64,000 nucleotides of DNA, from IMG/VR virus record IMGVR_UViG_3300020045_011333, positions 120,941 through 184,940 of that record; one strand, given 5' to 3'. The position numbers and the translations under genes are program-made. This DNA comes from a virus. Positions within the stretch are counted from its first letter, which is position 1. The number at the start of each line of letters is the position of its first letter. The notes beneath the pieces were generated by a model. That model ran no database searches and was not told the DNA's origin. It was given only the letters and a program-made list of their open reading frames with translations. This document shows positions 10,703 to 21,207 of this stretch, piece after piece.

Positions 10703-12151
10703 TTAAACATTTTTATTCTCTTCTTCTTTCTGCCAAACAGGAGTAGTTCGATATTTAATCAAACTGTCCCAAAAGACGCGAGTTTCAGAGCCACGAGGTG
10801 CTGATAGATTAGTAGTAATCCCAACATCACCAAGAGGTGAAGCAGCAGTGATACGAACAGTGGAAAGAGGAGTGATGACTCCGACTTTAGTTTGGATCGC
10901 ATCTGTTCCAAGAGGAACAGTGGCGTAAAGTTCAGGCTCATCTTCTTCATCCTCCATAATTTCAACGGGATTTCTTAAAAAATAATCCAAATAAGTCGCT
11001 AAAGGACCATTAACATCCAATGTGTCTCTGTAACCATTCATCACAGGTACAACAGCATCATAGAGTTCTTCTATTGCTTTTGAAATGTACTTATCTTCAT
11101 ATTTTTCAGGCCTGATATTATCTCTAAGATAATAAAATTGTTCAACCAGAGTTAATTCAGGATTGTATTCATATTTTGGTGTTGTTTTATCTGTAGACAA
11201 TGGTATATCCATTTCTGCCATAATAGCCGTTCATGATGTGTTCTTCTATATATTTATACATATCTAGATCAACTTCTGTGTCAGAAACTATGTCGTAAAC
11301 CACACAATCCCTGTAAATATTAGAAACTGTATATTCTTTATCGTTATTACCGTTTCTATAGCTCCCACGATCTAGTGCGGCGTGTAGGTGATTTTTAAGA
11401 TGGCCTATATTGTTCCAAATCTTTGGTTTCTTATCCCACCTAGGAGCGGAGCCACCACGGGAAAATAACCCGTTGGCAGGATTATAAATTACGAAGCCTT
11501 TAAGCTCTGGCTTTGGTATGTTGATTTTAACCATAGATCGTCCAGTTCTATATTTGTATCGTATAATGCAAACTCATTGATAACTTTATCAATTTCAAAA
11601 CCATCTTCAGTCAATAGTTTTTTAATTCTATTAACATTCTTTTCATATTTTTCTAAATTTTCATAAGTTCTGTAGGTTAGCATTTGTACTAAGTAATTAT
11701 CTCGTTTAAGTTTATTACGAGAATAATGTAAGCCGAGATTTGCAGACCATAGTTTCAGTCTTTCACTATTATATGGAAATTTAATAGCAAAGTGAGTTTC
11801 AAAATACTGATCATTATTTCTATTTAAAGCTTTGGGGTGCCACGGAACGGTCTCAATTTTTATTCTGGTAACGATATAACCTTTTGATTTGAATAAGTCA
11901 GCCTGATTCAAGGCTGTTGCGTATATCATGTCATCTGATCCGCCTTTGATAGATGAACTTGTCATGGAATGAGGAGGAATATTATCACCCATATCAATGA
12001 TTATAGGCTTTAGCCCTAGTTCGTAGCAATCTGTAACAAAATTATCACTATATTCTACCGTGATGTGGATTTCATAGTAAAGCTCTTTCTGCCCCTCAAC
12101 AAAGGGGCAGGTTTCGCAGAGTTGGCAATCTATCATGGCTTTGGCGGACAT
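10703..12151 (-). other. Three hypothetical CDS (10703-11221, 11187-11534, 11489-12151)
   Basis: Overlapping co-oriented ORFs; no motif recognised with confidence. Confidence 0.5.
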
Positions 12152-12363
12152 GTTTCATTAGGGGCTGATATAAAATAATAAGAAGAACCACTAATTAAAG
12201 AGTTATCACACAGTTTAGCAACCATGACATTACCATTATAACCAACTATTTGACCCACAACCGTCCCATTCTTTTCTGAATGAATATAGGCCATACTTCC
12301 TACTTCGGGAGCGCAACTAGATAAAATCACAGTAACTATAGATAGTAAGAATATTTTCTTCAC
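12133..12363 (-). CDS. Small lipoprotein
   Basis: GTG start: MKKIFLLSIVTVILSSC lipobox. Confidence 0.6.
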   Translation of the reverse strand: MKKIFLLSIVTVILSSCAPEVGSMAYIHSEKNGTVVGQIVGYNGNVMVAKLCDNSLISGSSYYFISAPNETCPPKP

Positions 12364-13538
12364 CAGACACAATCCTTTAACAGAGTAGTACGTAACTTTT
12401 CGAACTTTTGATCTACATCGCAAGCATCTTTGAGGCGCTTCATCAGTTCTTCATAAACCGTTTCCACTGGAAAACCTTTATCCCAAAGGCTAAAGATGAT
12501 TTGCTTAACCAGAACGTCAGCTTTTGAGTTTAGAGCGAAATCTTTACGTGACATATTTTTTTCAACAATTTTTGAAATCAAAGCTTTGATAGCAATAGAA
12601 AGATAGGTAACATTTCTATTTAGAGTAGATTCATAAGCTTCAGCTTTAGTCAAATCATCAGCTAGCATAAAAGGCTTGAGGTCGTCTAATTGTCCATCCA
12701 GAAGAACAGCAACAAGATTACGCTCTTTTTGAATCTTATCTTTCGTGCGATGAAGATTAATATAAGCCGTGGTCTTAATTTTAAGCATATGTCCGTCATG
12801 AAAGCGAAGAACTTCACCCTCAGTCAATTCTTCTTTTTTAGAATTGTATATTGAGTCGGAGTACGAGTGCATGTCCCCGATAGGGGTTTTATCAATGGAA
12901 ACTACTTCAATATCAAAAATATCTCTGACAGTTTGAATCATATCTTCATATGACCAATATTTACCGCTGTAATTTTCTCTCACCGCCGTTAGTACAAGTT
13001 TATCAATAGGATGATCTACGACGATTCTATTCTTACGGCTGCACCACTCAAAAATAGGAGTAAGATTTTCAATACGACATTCTTTTAGAAAATTATTGAT
13101 GCCTTCATGATTATGTTCTGCCAACCAAGTTTCAGTTTGCATAGAAGTGTCAGTTACACCCATTTTAGTGGCCCAACGAAATCCTCCACCCAAAAACATA
13201 GGATGAACCATAGAGCCGTCAAGTTTCTCTAATCGATCATAACCCTTTGTAATATCTACATTTATAGCTAGAGTTTCCTCACGTTCACCGAAATTCATGA
13301 ACTTATGATAAGGTCTGGAAATTAGTTCGCCAGAAGCATTATCAAACTTAATGCCGCGAAGTTCGCGGCGAATAGCCGTGTTGACATCCGTTACGGGAGG
13401 GAAGGTTTTGTTGCACGGAAGTTTGTAGTTTATGACGGTATAGCCATCTTTTTCTACGATATAAAATAAATCCTCATCGCCCTTGATAGCCTCAAGAACT
13501 TGAGAGATATGTACGATCCTAGGAAATTCATAATTCAT
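12360..13538 (-). CDS. RNA ligase 1 (T4 RnlA family)
   Basis: RELRGIKF, SRPYHKFMN, EKLDGSMV, FEW, EGEVL, KIKT. Confidence 0.88.
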   Translation of the reverse strand: MNYEFPRIVHISQVLEAIKGDEDLFYIVEKDGYTVINYKLPCNKTFPPVTDVNTAIRRELRGIKFDNASGELISRPYHKFMNFGEREETLAINVDITKGYDRLEKLDGSMVHPMFLGGGFRWATKMGVTDTSMQTETWLAEHNHEGINNFLKECRIENLTPIFEWCSRKNRIVVDHPIDKLVLTAVRENYSGKYWSYEDMIQTVRDIFDIEVVSIDKTPIGDMHSYSDSIYNSKKEELTEGEVLRFHDGHMLKIKTTAYINLHRTKDKIQKERNLVAVLLDGQLDDLKPFMLADDLTKAEAYESTLNRNVTYLSIAIKALISKIVEKNMSRKDFALNSKADVLVKQIIFSLWDKGFPVETVYEELMKRLKDACDVDQKFEKLRTTLLKDCVW

Positions 13539-13576
13539 AATATTAACCTTTCTTTAAACTAGGATTGATACAAATA

Positions 13577-13915
13577 TTAAAGCCAATAAACTGCTTTTCG
13601 ACTGCCTAAAAGGGCCTTAGCCACAGATGAAAGTTCACGGCGCTTAGTATCAAGACGGTAGTCGCCAATCTCCTTAACATCTCGAATGGATTCACTGATC
13701 CGATTATAGATTGTTTTCCAATTCTGAACCCAAACGGTATCGGTATATTCATCCCTTTCATCGGGTACAAGTGAAATAAACTCAATCGCTCGTAGACGAA
13801 GTTGATCCATAGCAGTTGTGCCATTCTTTTCAGCACGAGGAATTTGCAGACGAACTAGAGCGGCTACATTTTCAATGTGGGAGTTCTTATTTACGTAATA
13901 AATTTCAGGCTTCAT
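13577..13915 (-). CDS. Hypothetical protein
   Basis: 112-aa ORF in operon context. Confidence 0.5.
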   Translation of the reverse strand: MKPEIYYVNKNSHIENVAALVRLQIPRAEKNGTTAMDQLRLRAIEFISLVPDERDEYTDTVWVQNWKTIYNRISESIRDVKEIGDYRLDTKRRELSSVAKALLGSRKAVYWL

Positions 13916-13944
13916 TTCAATTTCCTTTTAATGATTTAACTATT

Positions 13945-14478
13945 CTATCTTCCGTGGAACTTACAATGTTCGTTCTTGTTTATATCAAATCGGTAAAAAG
14001 AGCAATCATCTTTTCCCGACATTTTCGTGTTTTCAATCCAAGACAATCTACCAATAGCAACAATGTCTGTACAAAACTCTCTCACATAACGTGATGACTG
14101 ATAAGTATTCGCCCAATTTGAGTCAAACAGTAACCAAGTTGGACGAAGATTGCAAAACCTTTCTATCATTGGATGAAGAATTTTACGCCCCCAAGGCGGA
14201 TTTGTTATGATCACATCAGCATCCATAACATCATGTTCTGCTAAAGTCAAGGCATTTAATTGAACAATCCTGTGATTCTGAGGTTCAATGTCGTATTCCG
14301 CGACACAAACTAAACTCATAACATCAATTAATTGATCTGTGAGGATGCCATCCCCGGCACAAGATTCTACAAATTTCGTCCCCGGTTCAATGAAAGGTTT
14401 TAATGCCTGTACCGCTCTGGGATCGAATGTTCTATAATAGTCTCTTGGTATTCTTTCAAAATCGCTACGAAGGCCCAT
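13945..14478 (-). CDS. Small N6-adenine/N4-cytosine DNA methyltransferase
   Basis: YYRT, ESCAGDG (SAM-binding), IITNPPW catalytic motif. Confidence 0.8.
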   Translation of the reverse strand: MGLRSDFERIPRDYYRTFDPRAVQALKPFIEPGTKFVESCAGDGILTDQLIDVMSLVCVAEYDIEPQNHRIVQLNALTLAEHDVMDADVIITNPPWGRKILHPMIERFCNLRPTWLLFDSNWANTYQSSRYVREFCTDIVAIGRLSWIENTKMSGKDDCSFYRFDINKNEHCKFHGR

Positions 14479-14846
14479 GTTTAATTTTCTATTTCTTTAA
14501 ATTTAATTTGCGCCATAATTGAATTAGGTGCATTTAGGATTTCTATTACTTTATTAAAGTGCTCATCTGCTTTAATGCTATCCACGATAAACCTAAAGCT
14601 AATTAAAGGTCTATGGATTATTTTTAAGGGATTACCGACAAGACCCGAATATTTAGAAATAAATTTAGTTAATTCTCTTGCCATTATAGTAGACTACCTT
14701 AGGTAAATATCTGTATTTATAAGAAGTGTATTCATTTACGTACCACGTAAATCGATAAATATTTTCATTCTGGAAATGTTCTCGTAACTCTTGTTTGAAA
14801 CAATAACGATTAAATTCAAATTCTTCCTCATCCATTACTTTCTCCT

Positions 14847-15281
14847 TTATAATAACTTATTGATACTTATTATATCTTCAATAACTTTTTCAGAAAGAAT
14901 AAAGTCTTCATGATCCGCGTTATAATTGCCAATCCATATTTCCAAAGCCCTTATTAATTTTTCTTCACTGAATTTAGGTTTCCATAATTTAGCATAAGTC
15001 AAAACTTTAGGATTTTCTGTCCTAGGACAGAGGACGGCACAAGTTTTCTTTCCTCCAAGAGTTGTATTCTCATGGCCTAGATGAACTTTATCTAATGCAG
15101 CAATTTTATCAAATTCTTTTTGATTAACACGAACGACGCATTTTTTGAATGAATTAGCGAACCATTCTTGATAGTCAGGATCATCTTGAAACTTAACATG
15201 AGCGTTTAAAATAGAATGGCAAACTAAAGTCAAACTCATGTAGTCTGGAAATTCATCTAAAACTGCGATATACATTTTCAT
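14847..15281 (-). CDS. Peptidyl-tRNA hydrolase 2-like protein
   Basis: KMYIAV...H...W....FKKCVVRV pattern and T.AVL.PR. Confidence 0.55.
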   Translation of the reverse strand: MKMYIAVLDEFPDYMSLTLVCHSILNAHVKFQDDPDYQEWFANSFKKCVVRVNQKEFDKIAALDKVHLGHENTTLGGKKTCAVLCPRTENPKVLTYAKLWKPKFSEEKLIRALEIWIGNYNADHEDFILSEKVIEDIISINKLL

Positions 15282-15282
15282 T

Positions 15283-16098
15283 TTAATGGCCTTTTAATTT
15301 TTTATGAGGAAATTTATTTCCATTAGGAAAAATAAGGAATTCTCCGTCATAAGTAACACCTTCTTTACTAAAATGTTTAATAATACGATTATACCAAAAC
15401 GGCATATATTTTCTAATTTCATCCAAATTTAGATTATTTTTAACAGTATTAATTTTATTTATTGTTATAACGACATTCCCTTTTATGTAGCCTAAATCAG
15501 GTATAATTTTATCAATTGATGGACTATCGGTTCTAACTCCATCACTCTGCCAATCTAAAGAATTATCAGAATAAAAACATTTATAATTCTGTTTTTCAAA
15601 TAGATAAATAACATAATTTTTGTCAATTTCAAAATCTACTAATTTTTTGCTACTTCTACTTTGCATCGTAGTTAATTTTTTATTTAAATAAAAATTTATA
15701 TTACTTTTATTTCTTTTTCTTATTTTAGTAGCCATACAAACACTACAAAATGATTGCCGATACCTCTTATTTTTATCTACGAATGGAAATAAAGAAATGT
15801 CCTTAATTCTTTCACAAATAGAACACTTTATTTCTGTGTCGTTTATCAAATTAATTTTAGTTCTTGTTCCTCCATTATGTTTAAGCCCTAACGCTGATAT
15901 TCTACCTGCAATCGCTCTTATATTAAAATTTAATTTTTCAGCTATTTCTTTATTATTTAAGCCCTCTGCATGTAGAGTTATAATTTCCTCTTCAAAATCT
16001 TTTGTGGGTTTAATAGGTTTAAAATTATCAAGCTTACTAATTTTAAAAATCTCCCGGCGCGACTTGAAAACAAGGTACGCCTCTATCACGCCATGCAA
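15283..16098 (-). CDS. His-Me finger homing endonuclease with N-terminal HTH; start uncertain
   Basis: GLNNKEIAEKL HTH, CxxC pairs, SIDKIIPDLGYIKGNVVITINKIN; very AT-rich. Confidence 0.68.
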   Translation of the reverse strand: MHGVIEAYLVFKSRREIFKISKLDNFKPIKPTKDFEEEIITLHAEGLNNKEIAEKLNFNIRAIAGRISALGLKHNGGTRTKINLINDTEIKCSICERIKDISLFPFVDKNKRYRQSFCSVCMATKIRKRNKSNINFYLNKKLTTMQSRSSKKLVDFEIDKNYVIYLFEKQNYKCFYSDNSLDWQSDGVRTDSPSIDKIIPDLGYIKGNVVITINKINTVKNNLNLDEIRKYMPFWYNRIIKHFSKEGVTYDGEFLIFPNGNKFPHKKLKGH

Positions 16099-16480
16099 CT
16101 ACAACCTGATCTCTATCATCAAATGCAAAGCTAGGGTTGTAACCCGCTTCTAAAATTTTATCTAAAAGTTCCATCTTAACAATATTATCGGCTCGATAAT
16201 CACCTTTAGCCCTCATAAACAGAACGTGGTACTTAACGCCATGTTTTACTAGCCATTCTTCAGTTACTCCGCGTGATTGTTCACCACGTCCAGAGCAGAG
16301 AACGATGCGCCATCCAGCGTCATACAAAGCGTTCACCACATCAATTACGTGTTGATGAGGGAGGTCATGCGGAATACCACGCTCGAATGCTGCGTAATTT
16401 TTTGGTTTAGAATTAATATAAACTCTTCGGTGTTGCAGATCAGCAATTGTTCCGTCGATATCTACGATAATATCACGCAT
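16043..16480 (-). CDS. Polynucleotide 3'-phosphatase (HAD, PseT C-terminal-like)
   Basis: IVDIDGT, LCSGR, LFMRAKGDYRAD, FDDRDQVV...R. Confidence 0.85.
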   Translation of the reverse strand: MRDIIVDIDGTIADLQHRRVYINSKPKNYAAFERGIPHDLPHQHVIDVVNALYDAGWRIVLCSGRGEQSRGVTEEWLVKHGVKYHVLFMRAKGDYRADNIVKMELLDKILEAGYNPSFAFDDRDQVVVAWRDRGVPCFQVAPGDF

Positions 16481-16950
16481 CCGAAAAACTCCCATACCTA
16501 AAGAAATAGTCAATTAATTTATCACTAATATTATCTACGTCTTTCTGAGTGCAATCTTCTCTAGCGAGGAAGCTGTTGGAATAATCGGCAATTTCTTGAG
16601 TAGAAATTGGGCCGTGCCAAAGAACTAATGTAGGAAGAGCTTTGCCATAACCATAATCATCGGCAGGAGCTATGGCGCTCAACAGATCAAACTTACTAAT
16701 TGTTACTACTTCTTTAGTCATTAAACATCCTCAAATAAAATTCCTACACCTTCACCGAGCTTTGGTCCCGGTAACTTCATGAATGTTTCCATTCCTTGTA
16801 TTTTTTTAAGCATTCCATCTACTATCAAAATTCTGCCAATAGGAGATATGTTGCGATCTACCAAATCACTGAAAGGGCAAGGCCCTGAATAAATTGTTCC
16901 GCGCCTTGCTATTTCAAATTTTTCATGGTAAATAAATATAGGAATGTTTG

Positions 16951-17529
16951 TCATAGTGAAGCCATCATAGCCCTTACGCCCTCACTAGGCTCAATATAGC
17001 GTTCCGTAGTACTTAGGTTCGAATGTCCAGCAATTAACTGAACGTCTCTCAATGAGGCGTTATGGAGATTTGCAACACGAGCCATTGTCGTAATGGCGGT
17101 ACGCCTTCCACTATGGCTAGAACAACCAGTTAAACCCACCTTGTCTTTATAGAAGCGCTTGAACCAAACCGTCATGGCATTTGCTGTCATAGTAGGTTTG
17201 TAATCTCCGTATCTAATATACTCATCATTAGGCCGCTCTTTTCGAAGCTTAATCAGCATTGCTTTAAGTTCAGGATGCATTGGAATTTCTCTGGCACGGC
17301 CATTCTTTGAAATATGATCTCCTATATGAATCATATCATCAATTTGGCCATTAGCCTTAATAACATCATCCCAACGAAGTCCAGCAATTTCACTAGCACG
17401 AAGTCCAGCTTTAATACTAAATAAAACAGCAGTTTTATCACGAGTCTTTTGATTAGACTCGGATTCTATGGCTTTAAAAATTCTTCGCAGATCATCTGCC
17501 TCAATAATTTTAGCTCGTTTTACTGCCAT
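16951..17529 (-). CDS. Tyrosine recombinase (catalytic domain only)
   Basis: AGLRASEI, SSHSGRRT, AGHSNLSTTERY. Confidence 0.88.
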   Translation of the reverse strand: MAVKRAKIIEADDLRRIFKAIESESNQKTRDKTAVLFSIKAGLRASEIAGLRWDDVIKANGQIDDMIHIGDHISKNGRAREIPMHPELKAMLIKLRKERPNDEYIRYGDYKPTMTANAMTVWFKRFYKDKVGLTGCSSHSGRRTAITTMARVANLHNASLRDVQLIAGHSNLSTTERYIEPSEGVRAMMASL

Positions 17530-18109
17530 TTCTCACCTACTCCTTTAGTACCAACACTTTCTCTAATGCTGATAAACTCTGGAAGTTCCTTAGCAGAAGC
17601 TAAATATATCACATTTGAAAGTCCGTCAATAGCGTTTAAAGACGAAATAGACGAAACATGGAAAAATTCATGTACACCATCTTTGTGCCTAAATAAAGTG
17701 AGAGCAGCAAATTCTTCTTCACTCAGGCAAATTACAGCAGTTTTTTTAATTAATTGATCCATAAGTGTTCATTCTTTCCAGTTGCTTTATCAAATAACTT
17801 ATTTCCGATATAATCGAGATACAACCAAGTTGTAAAAGCTTCGTCGTGAACTTCCATATCAAAAAGCGCAGTTATTAAAGCTCTTTGAATTACGGAAAGG
17901 TGATATACCGCGTTGCATTCTTTAACATCACCTTTATCATAAACTTCCTGATAAGGCAAGGTCTGTAGAAAATTTATTTTTCCAGCAACTTCGTCACCAT
18001 AAAATTCCTTAACAATCTCCCAATTTCCAGAGCAATGGTAAGTCAGGATATGACTCAGAGCGTCTTGTATTTGTTCTTCTGCCATCATCATTTAATAATA
18101 TAACTTTCT

Positions 18110-18418
18110 TTAGGCTGAAAATACTGTGTAGGTTATTTTATCGACTCGAAATTCTTTAAGAGTACGAAGATTAATTGACTTCCACTTGCGATCTTCACCA
18201 CCATCCATTTCAACCACAGTAATGATACTGCCACGCTTGACTCGCTTCTTAGCGTCATTCTTAGCATTTTCGGGGTTGTTTTTTACCTGAGTAGCAACGT
18301 TGCGACGAAACGTCATGTGACGAATTTCACCATCTTCCTTGACAAACGTTGCTGACATGATCTTGCCACCAGCAAGAATGAGCTTACGAAGGGCGGTACG
18401 ATACGAAACTTCAACCAT
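18110..18418 (-). CDS. SH3/Sm-like beta-barrel phage protein
   Basis: ATFVKEDGEIRHM...WKSINL pattern; AGGAG RBS. Confidence 0.5.
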   Translation of the reverse strand: MVEVSYRTALRKLILAGGKIMSATFVKEDGEIRHMTFRRNVATQVKNNPENAKNDAKKRVKRGSIITVVEMDGGEDRKWKSINLRTLKEFRVDKITYTVFSA

Positions 18419-18470
18419 GATTATCTCCTTTAATCAGTTGTATGATCTTCTGATTATGAAGATAGCTAAT

Positions 18471-18947
18471 TTAAAGATATTCGTCAATAGGGAATTTTGA
18501 GTTTTTTAAATTATATACTGGAATATCGTGTTCCATGGCACACACTATCGCGGTTCGACTTCCGCCTGAAGGTTTTCCATCCGGGGTCCAACATATTAGA
18601 AACTTTGAAGGTGTTTTAAGATCCCGTCCTAGAACTTGACAAATGTTTCTGGTATGGAGTTTCTTTCCTCCGTCTGTCAAGCTTTCCCAATAAGGATGTA
18701 TGGCTTGAGCCATGTCACGAGCTTTAAACTTATTACCTACAACTATACCATCTCTCTTATTAAAACCTTGCCAAGGTAAGTAAATCTCTTTCAGATCGCC
18801 AGCACCTTCTTCAAACGCTGTGTCTGCGCCATCTGCACCACCACTTCTAAGAGTGAAACCATTCTGAAATAAAATCATAGCAATGACTCTCATCTCGGCC
18901 ATAACTTCTAACGGCGACTGTCTTGAACCAATGCCGGAATAAAACAT
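18471..18947 (-). CDS. SLOG-superfamily (DprA-like) protein
   Basis: YSGIGSR, LRSGGADGADTAFE, RNICQVLG, GGSRTAI. Confidence 0.75.
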   Translation of the reverse strand: MFYSGIGSRQSPLEVMAEMRVIAMILFQNGFTLRSGGADGADTAFEEGAGDLKEIYLPWQGFNKRDGIVVGNKFKARDMAQAIHPYWESLTDGGKKLHTRNICQVLGRDLKTPSKFLICWTPDGKPSGGSRTAIVCAMEHDIPVYNLKNSKFPIDEYL

Positions 18948-19559
18948 CCACCATTCCTCTTCTCTAATTCAATATATTTTTCTACAAATATTTTTAAAAA
19001 TTTAGCAAAAGCTTCTTCATCACAGTCAACGGCATAACCTGCGCCACGTTCTGAAGGTTCGTAAATATTGGCTTCGGTTATTACGTCATTAATATTTTCA
19101 ATCGTTTCAGCAATCAAGTCTTCGTGATCGGCTTTATATTGCCAGCCACGAAGTGCATCAGTATAATTTTCCCAACTTTCTACACCACTTTTTTCTAGTG
19201 CCTCAAGTTTGGCTATCTTTCTCTTCATATCCGCGTAGGCCCATGGATAAATTTTAATTTGTTCAGACATTAATAATTCCTCATGCAAACCAAGTAATTA
19301 ATTTTTTATATTCAAATCCTGCATTGATCATATCGGTGTGAACTTGATCCACCGTCTTTTCAGGATTCCAATCCGCTCCCCACTCATTTTCCATCTGATT
19401 CGTTAAATACTCAGGAAGTCCTTCTACCTCATCAAAACTATCATTTTCATCTTCTTTAGCCAAAATAAAAACTGTCACAAAGGCATTCTCGCCTTCTGCT
19501 TCAGGATCAATGGCTGCATCAAAATAAAGTTCATGTGGCTCATAACGACCATGTTTCAT
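18908..19559 (-). other. Two hypothetical CDS (18908-19270, 19281-19559; the second is acidic)
   Basis: Co-oriented ORFs upstream of the SLOG gene. Confidence 0.5.
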
Positions 19560-19560
19560 A

Positions 19561-20709
19561 TTAATAATCCCTCTTACCTTCGTGGAACGCTTTTACCACA
19601 CCAAATCTCAATTTCTTGTCTTTGGTGAAACCTTGATATTTAATAGTGACTTCGCCACCAATAAATTCTTTTTTACGTTCAAGGATGTTCACGTTTCGTT
19701 CATACGTACCAGCAACGCCAGCTTCTGATGTAGTCCCATCAGCTAGCCTAACAATTACAGCTTTGGCCGCACCGCTCCAATTGCCTTGACCTTCGATGAT
19801 ATCAACAAGCTCAAACTCACCTTCGTCAAAGTTTTTATACTTTAAAAGTCCTTTGGTACGTTTAAACGCATAAACAGAATCTGGATCACGTAGCATAAGG
19901 CCTTCATAACCCTGAATAAAGAAATTATCGTGCGCCGCTGATACTTGCATCATATCAAGATTATCAATTAGTACAGTCTTACACAGTTGTACCACATCCC
20001 CAACATCGCCCAAATCTTCGACAAAAATTTTACGAAGATACTCTAGACGTTCTTCGTAAGTCTTATCCAAATCATCCCAAAAGATAATATCATAGATGTG
20101 AAATTGAACTTTATCTCTAATTTCTTGTAATTCTTCTCCTGTCAGGGAGGCTAGTTTTTGCTTTTTAATCAACGAAACAATCTTTTCGAAGTCTTCCTTA
20201 TAGCCGTGATTATAAAGTTCGCCATCAAATGTAACGTTGTATTTAAGAGATGCTTCTTGAAGAAGATTCACGATATGTTCTACTGTATAAAATGGCTTAC
20301 CGGCACGAGATGTACCGCCATTATCGTCAATCACACAGCGAACCCCATCGAACTTGGGCTGTAGATACCAACGCTTCTTAGTCTTTAACGTCTTTGTCTC
20401 ATGAAACTTATCAGCTAACATAGGCTGAACAAAGTTACTTTTTGCTGCGGTTTCCGGTGAATAACTGTATTTACGATCCAGTTTCTTTTGATAAATCGCT
20501 TCTACTTCAGCGTCGGCTTGGCTTTCATCTGTAGTAGCATTTGTTTTACCTACATTTTTAGCATTAGCTTGTTTCCAGTCAGAAACAACAATTTTGCCTC
20601 CTTGAATACCGGAATGAGTTCGATACATCGATCCATCTCGTTCCATAAACCAAGTTCTTAAGTTATCATTGTTGTCGCGATGATAAAGAGTTTTGTAAAT
20701 TACTGTCAT
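19561..20709 (-). CDS. ATP-dependent DNA ligase
   Basis: QPKFDGVRC, FDGELY, EGLMLR, LKYK and C-terminal OB domain. Confidence 0.9.
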   Translation of the reverse strand: MTVIYKTLYHRDNNDNLRTWFMERDGSMYRTHSGIQGGKIVVSDWKQANAKNVGKTNATTDESQADAEVEAIYQKKLDRKYSYSPETAAKSNFVQPMLADKFHETKTLKTKKRWYLQPKFDGVRCVIDDNGGTSRAGKPFYTVEHIVNLLQEASLKYNVTFDGELYNHGYKEDFEKIVSLIKKQKLASLTGEELQEIRDKVQFHIYDIIFWDDLDKTYEERLEYLRKIFVEDLGDVGDVVQLCKTVLIDNLDMMQVSAAHDNFFIQGYEGLMLRDPDSVYAFKRTKGLLKYKNFDEGEFELVDIIEGQGNWSGAAKAVIVRLADGTTSEAGVAGTYERNVNILERKKEFIGGEVTIKYQGFTKDKKLRFGVVKAFHEGKRDY

Positions 20710-20859
20710 TTATTATTTCTTTTAATTTTCTTGAGTAATACAGGGCGTTGTGTTCATTTATTGGATGGGGAGGGTAAATAGTTGGCCCTCCCCAAGTCCT
20801 AGCTTCTTCACGTTCCTTAACGTAATTCTCTAACAGAGTTTGAAGCTCCTCTAAAATTT

Positions 20860-21207
20860 CTAATGACATTTTGCTTCGATAATATTAGGATACCAAGACA
20901 GGAACGGGATTCGCCAACCATAAACCTTAAGTTCACAAGTGGCTCCACGAACCAGAACCTTATTTACATCAGAACTATTAAACTTTAGAAAGACCCATTC
21001 ATCGGTATTTTCATAGATCGTATTTGTTCCATATGCAATATATTTACATTGCTGAGCATCATTGGCGCTACAGACACGTTCACTATCCCTAACGAACGTA
21101 TCTGTAACTGTTTTAGTAGTGGCAGCGACATAAACATATCGACCGCCATAAAGTACAGCTAGTGCTACACCAAGTCCAATAATACCCTTCTTTGTATATT
21201 TATTCAC
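20860..21207 (-). CDS. Membrane-anchored phage protein
   Basis: N-terminal TM helix; ENTD...KFNSSD...YGWRIPFLSWYPNI. Confidence 0.55.
   Translation of the reverse strand: MNKYTKKGIIGLGVALAVLYGGRYVYVAATTKTVTDTFVRDSERVCSANDAQQCKYIAYGTNTIYENTDEWVFLKFNSSDVNKVLVRGATCELKVYGWRIPFLSWYPNIIEAKCH

Noticed and set aside
16951-17529. Prophage integrase implying a bacterial chromosome window
   Set aside because: No host housekeeping genes, att site or repressor; the whole window has phage-type gene packing.
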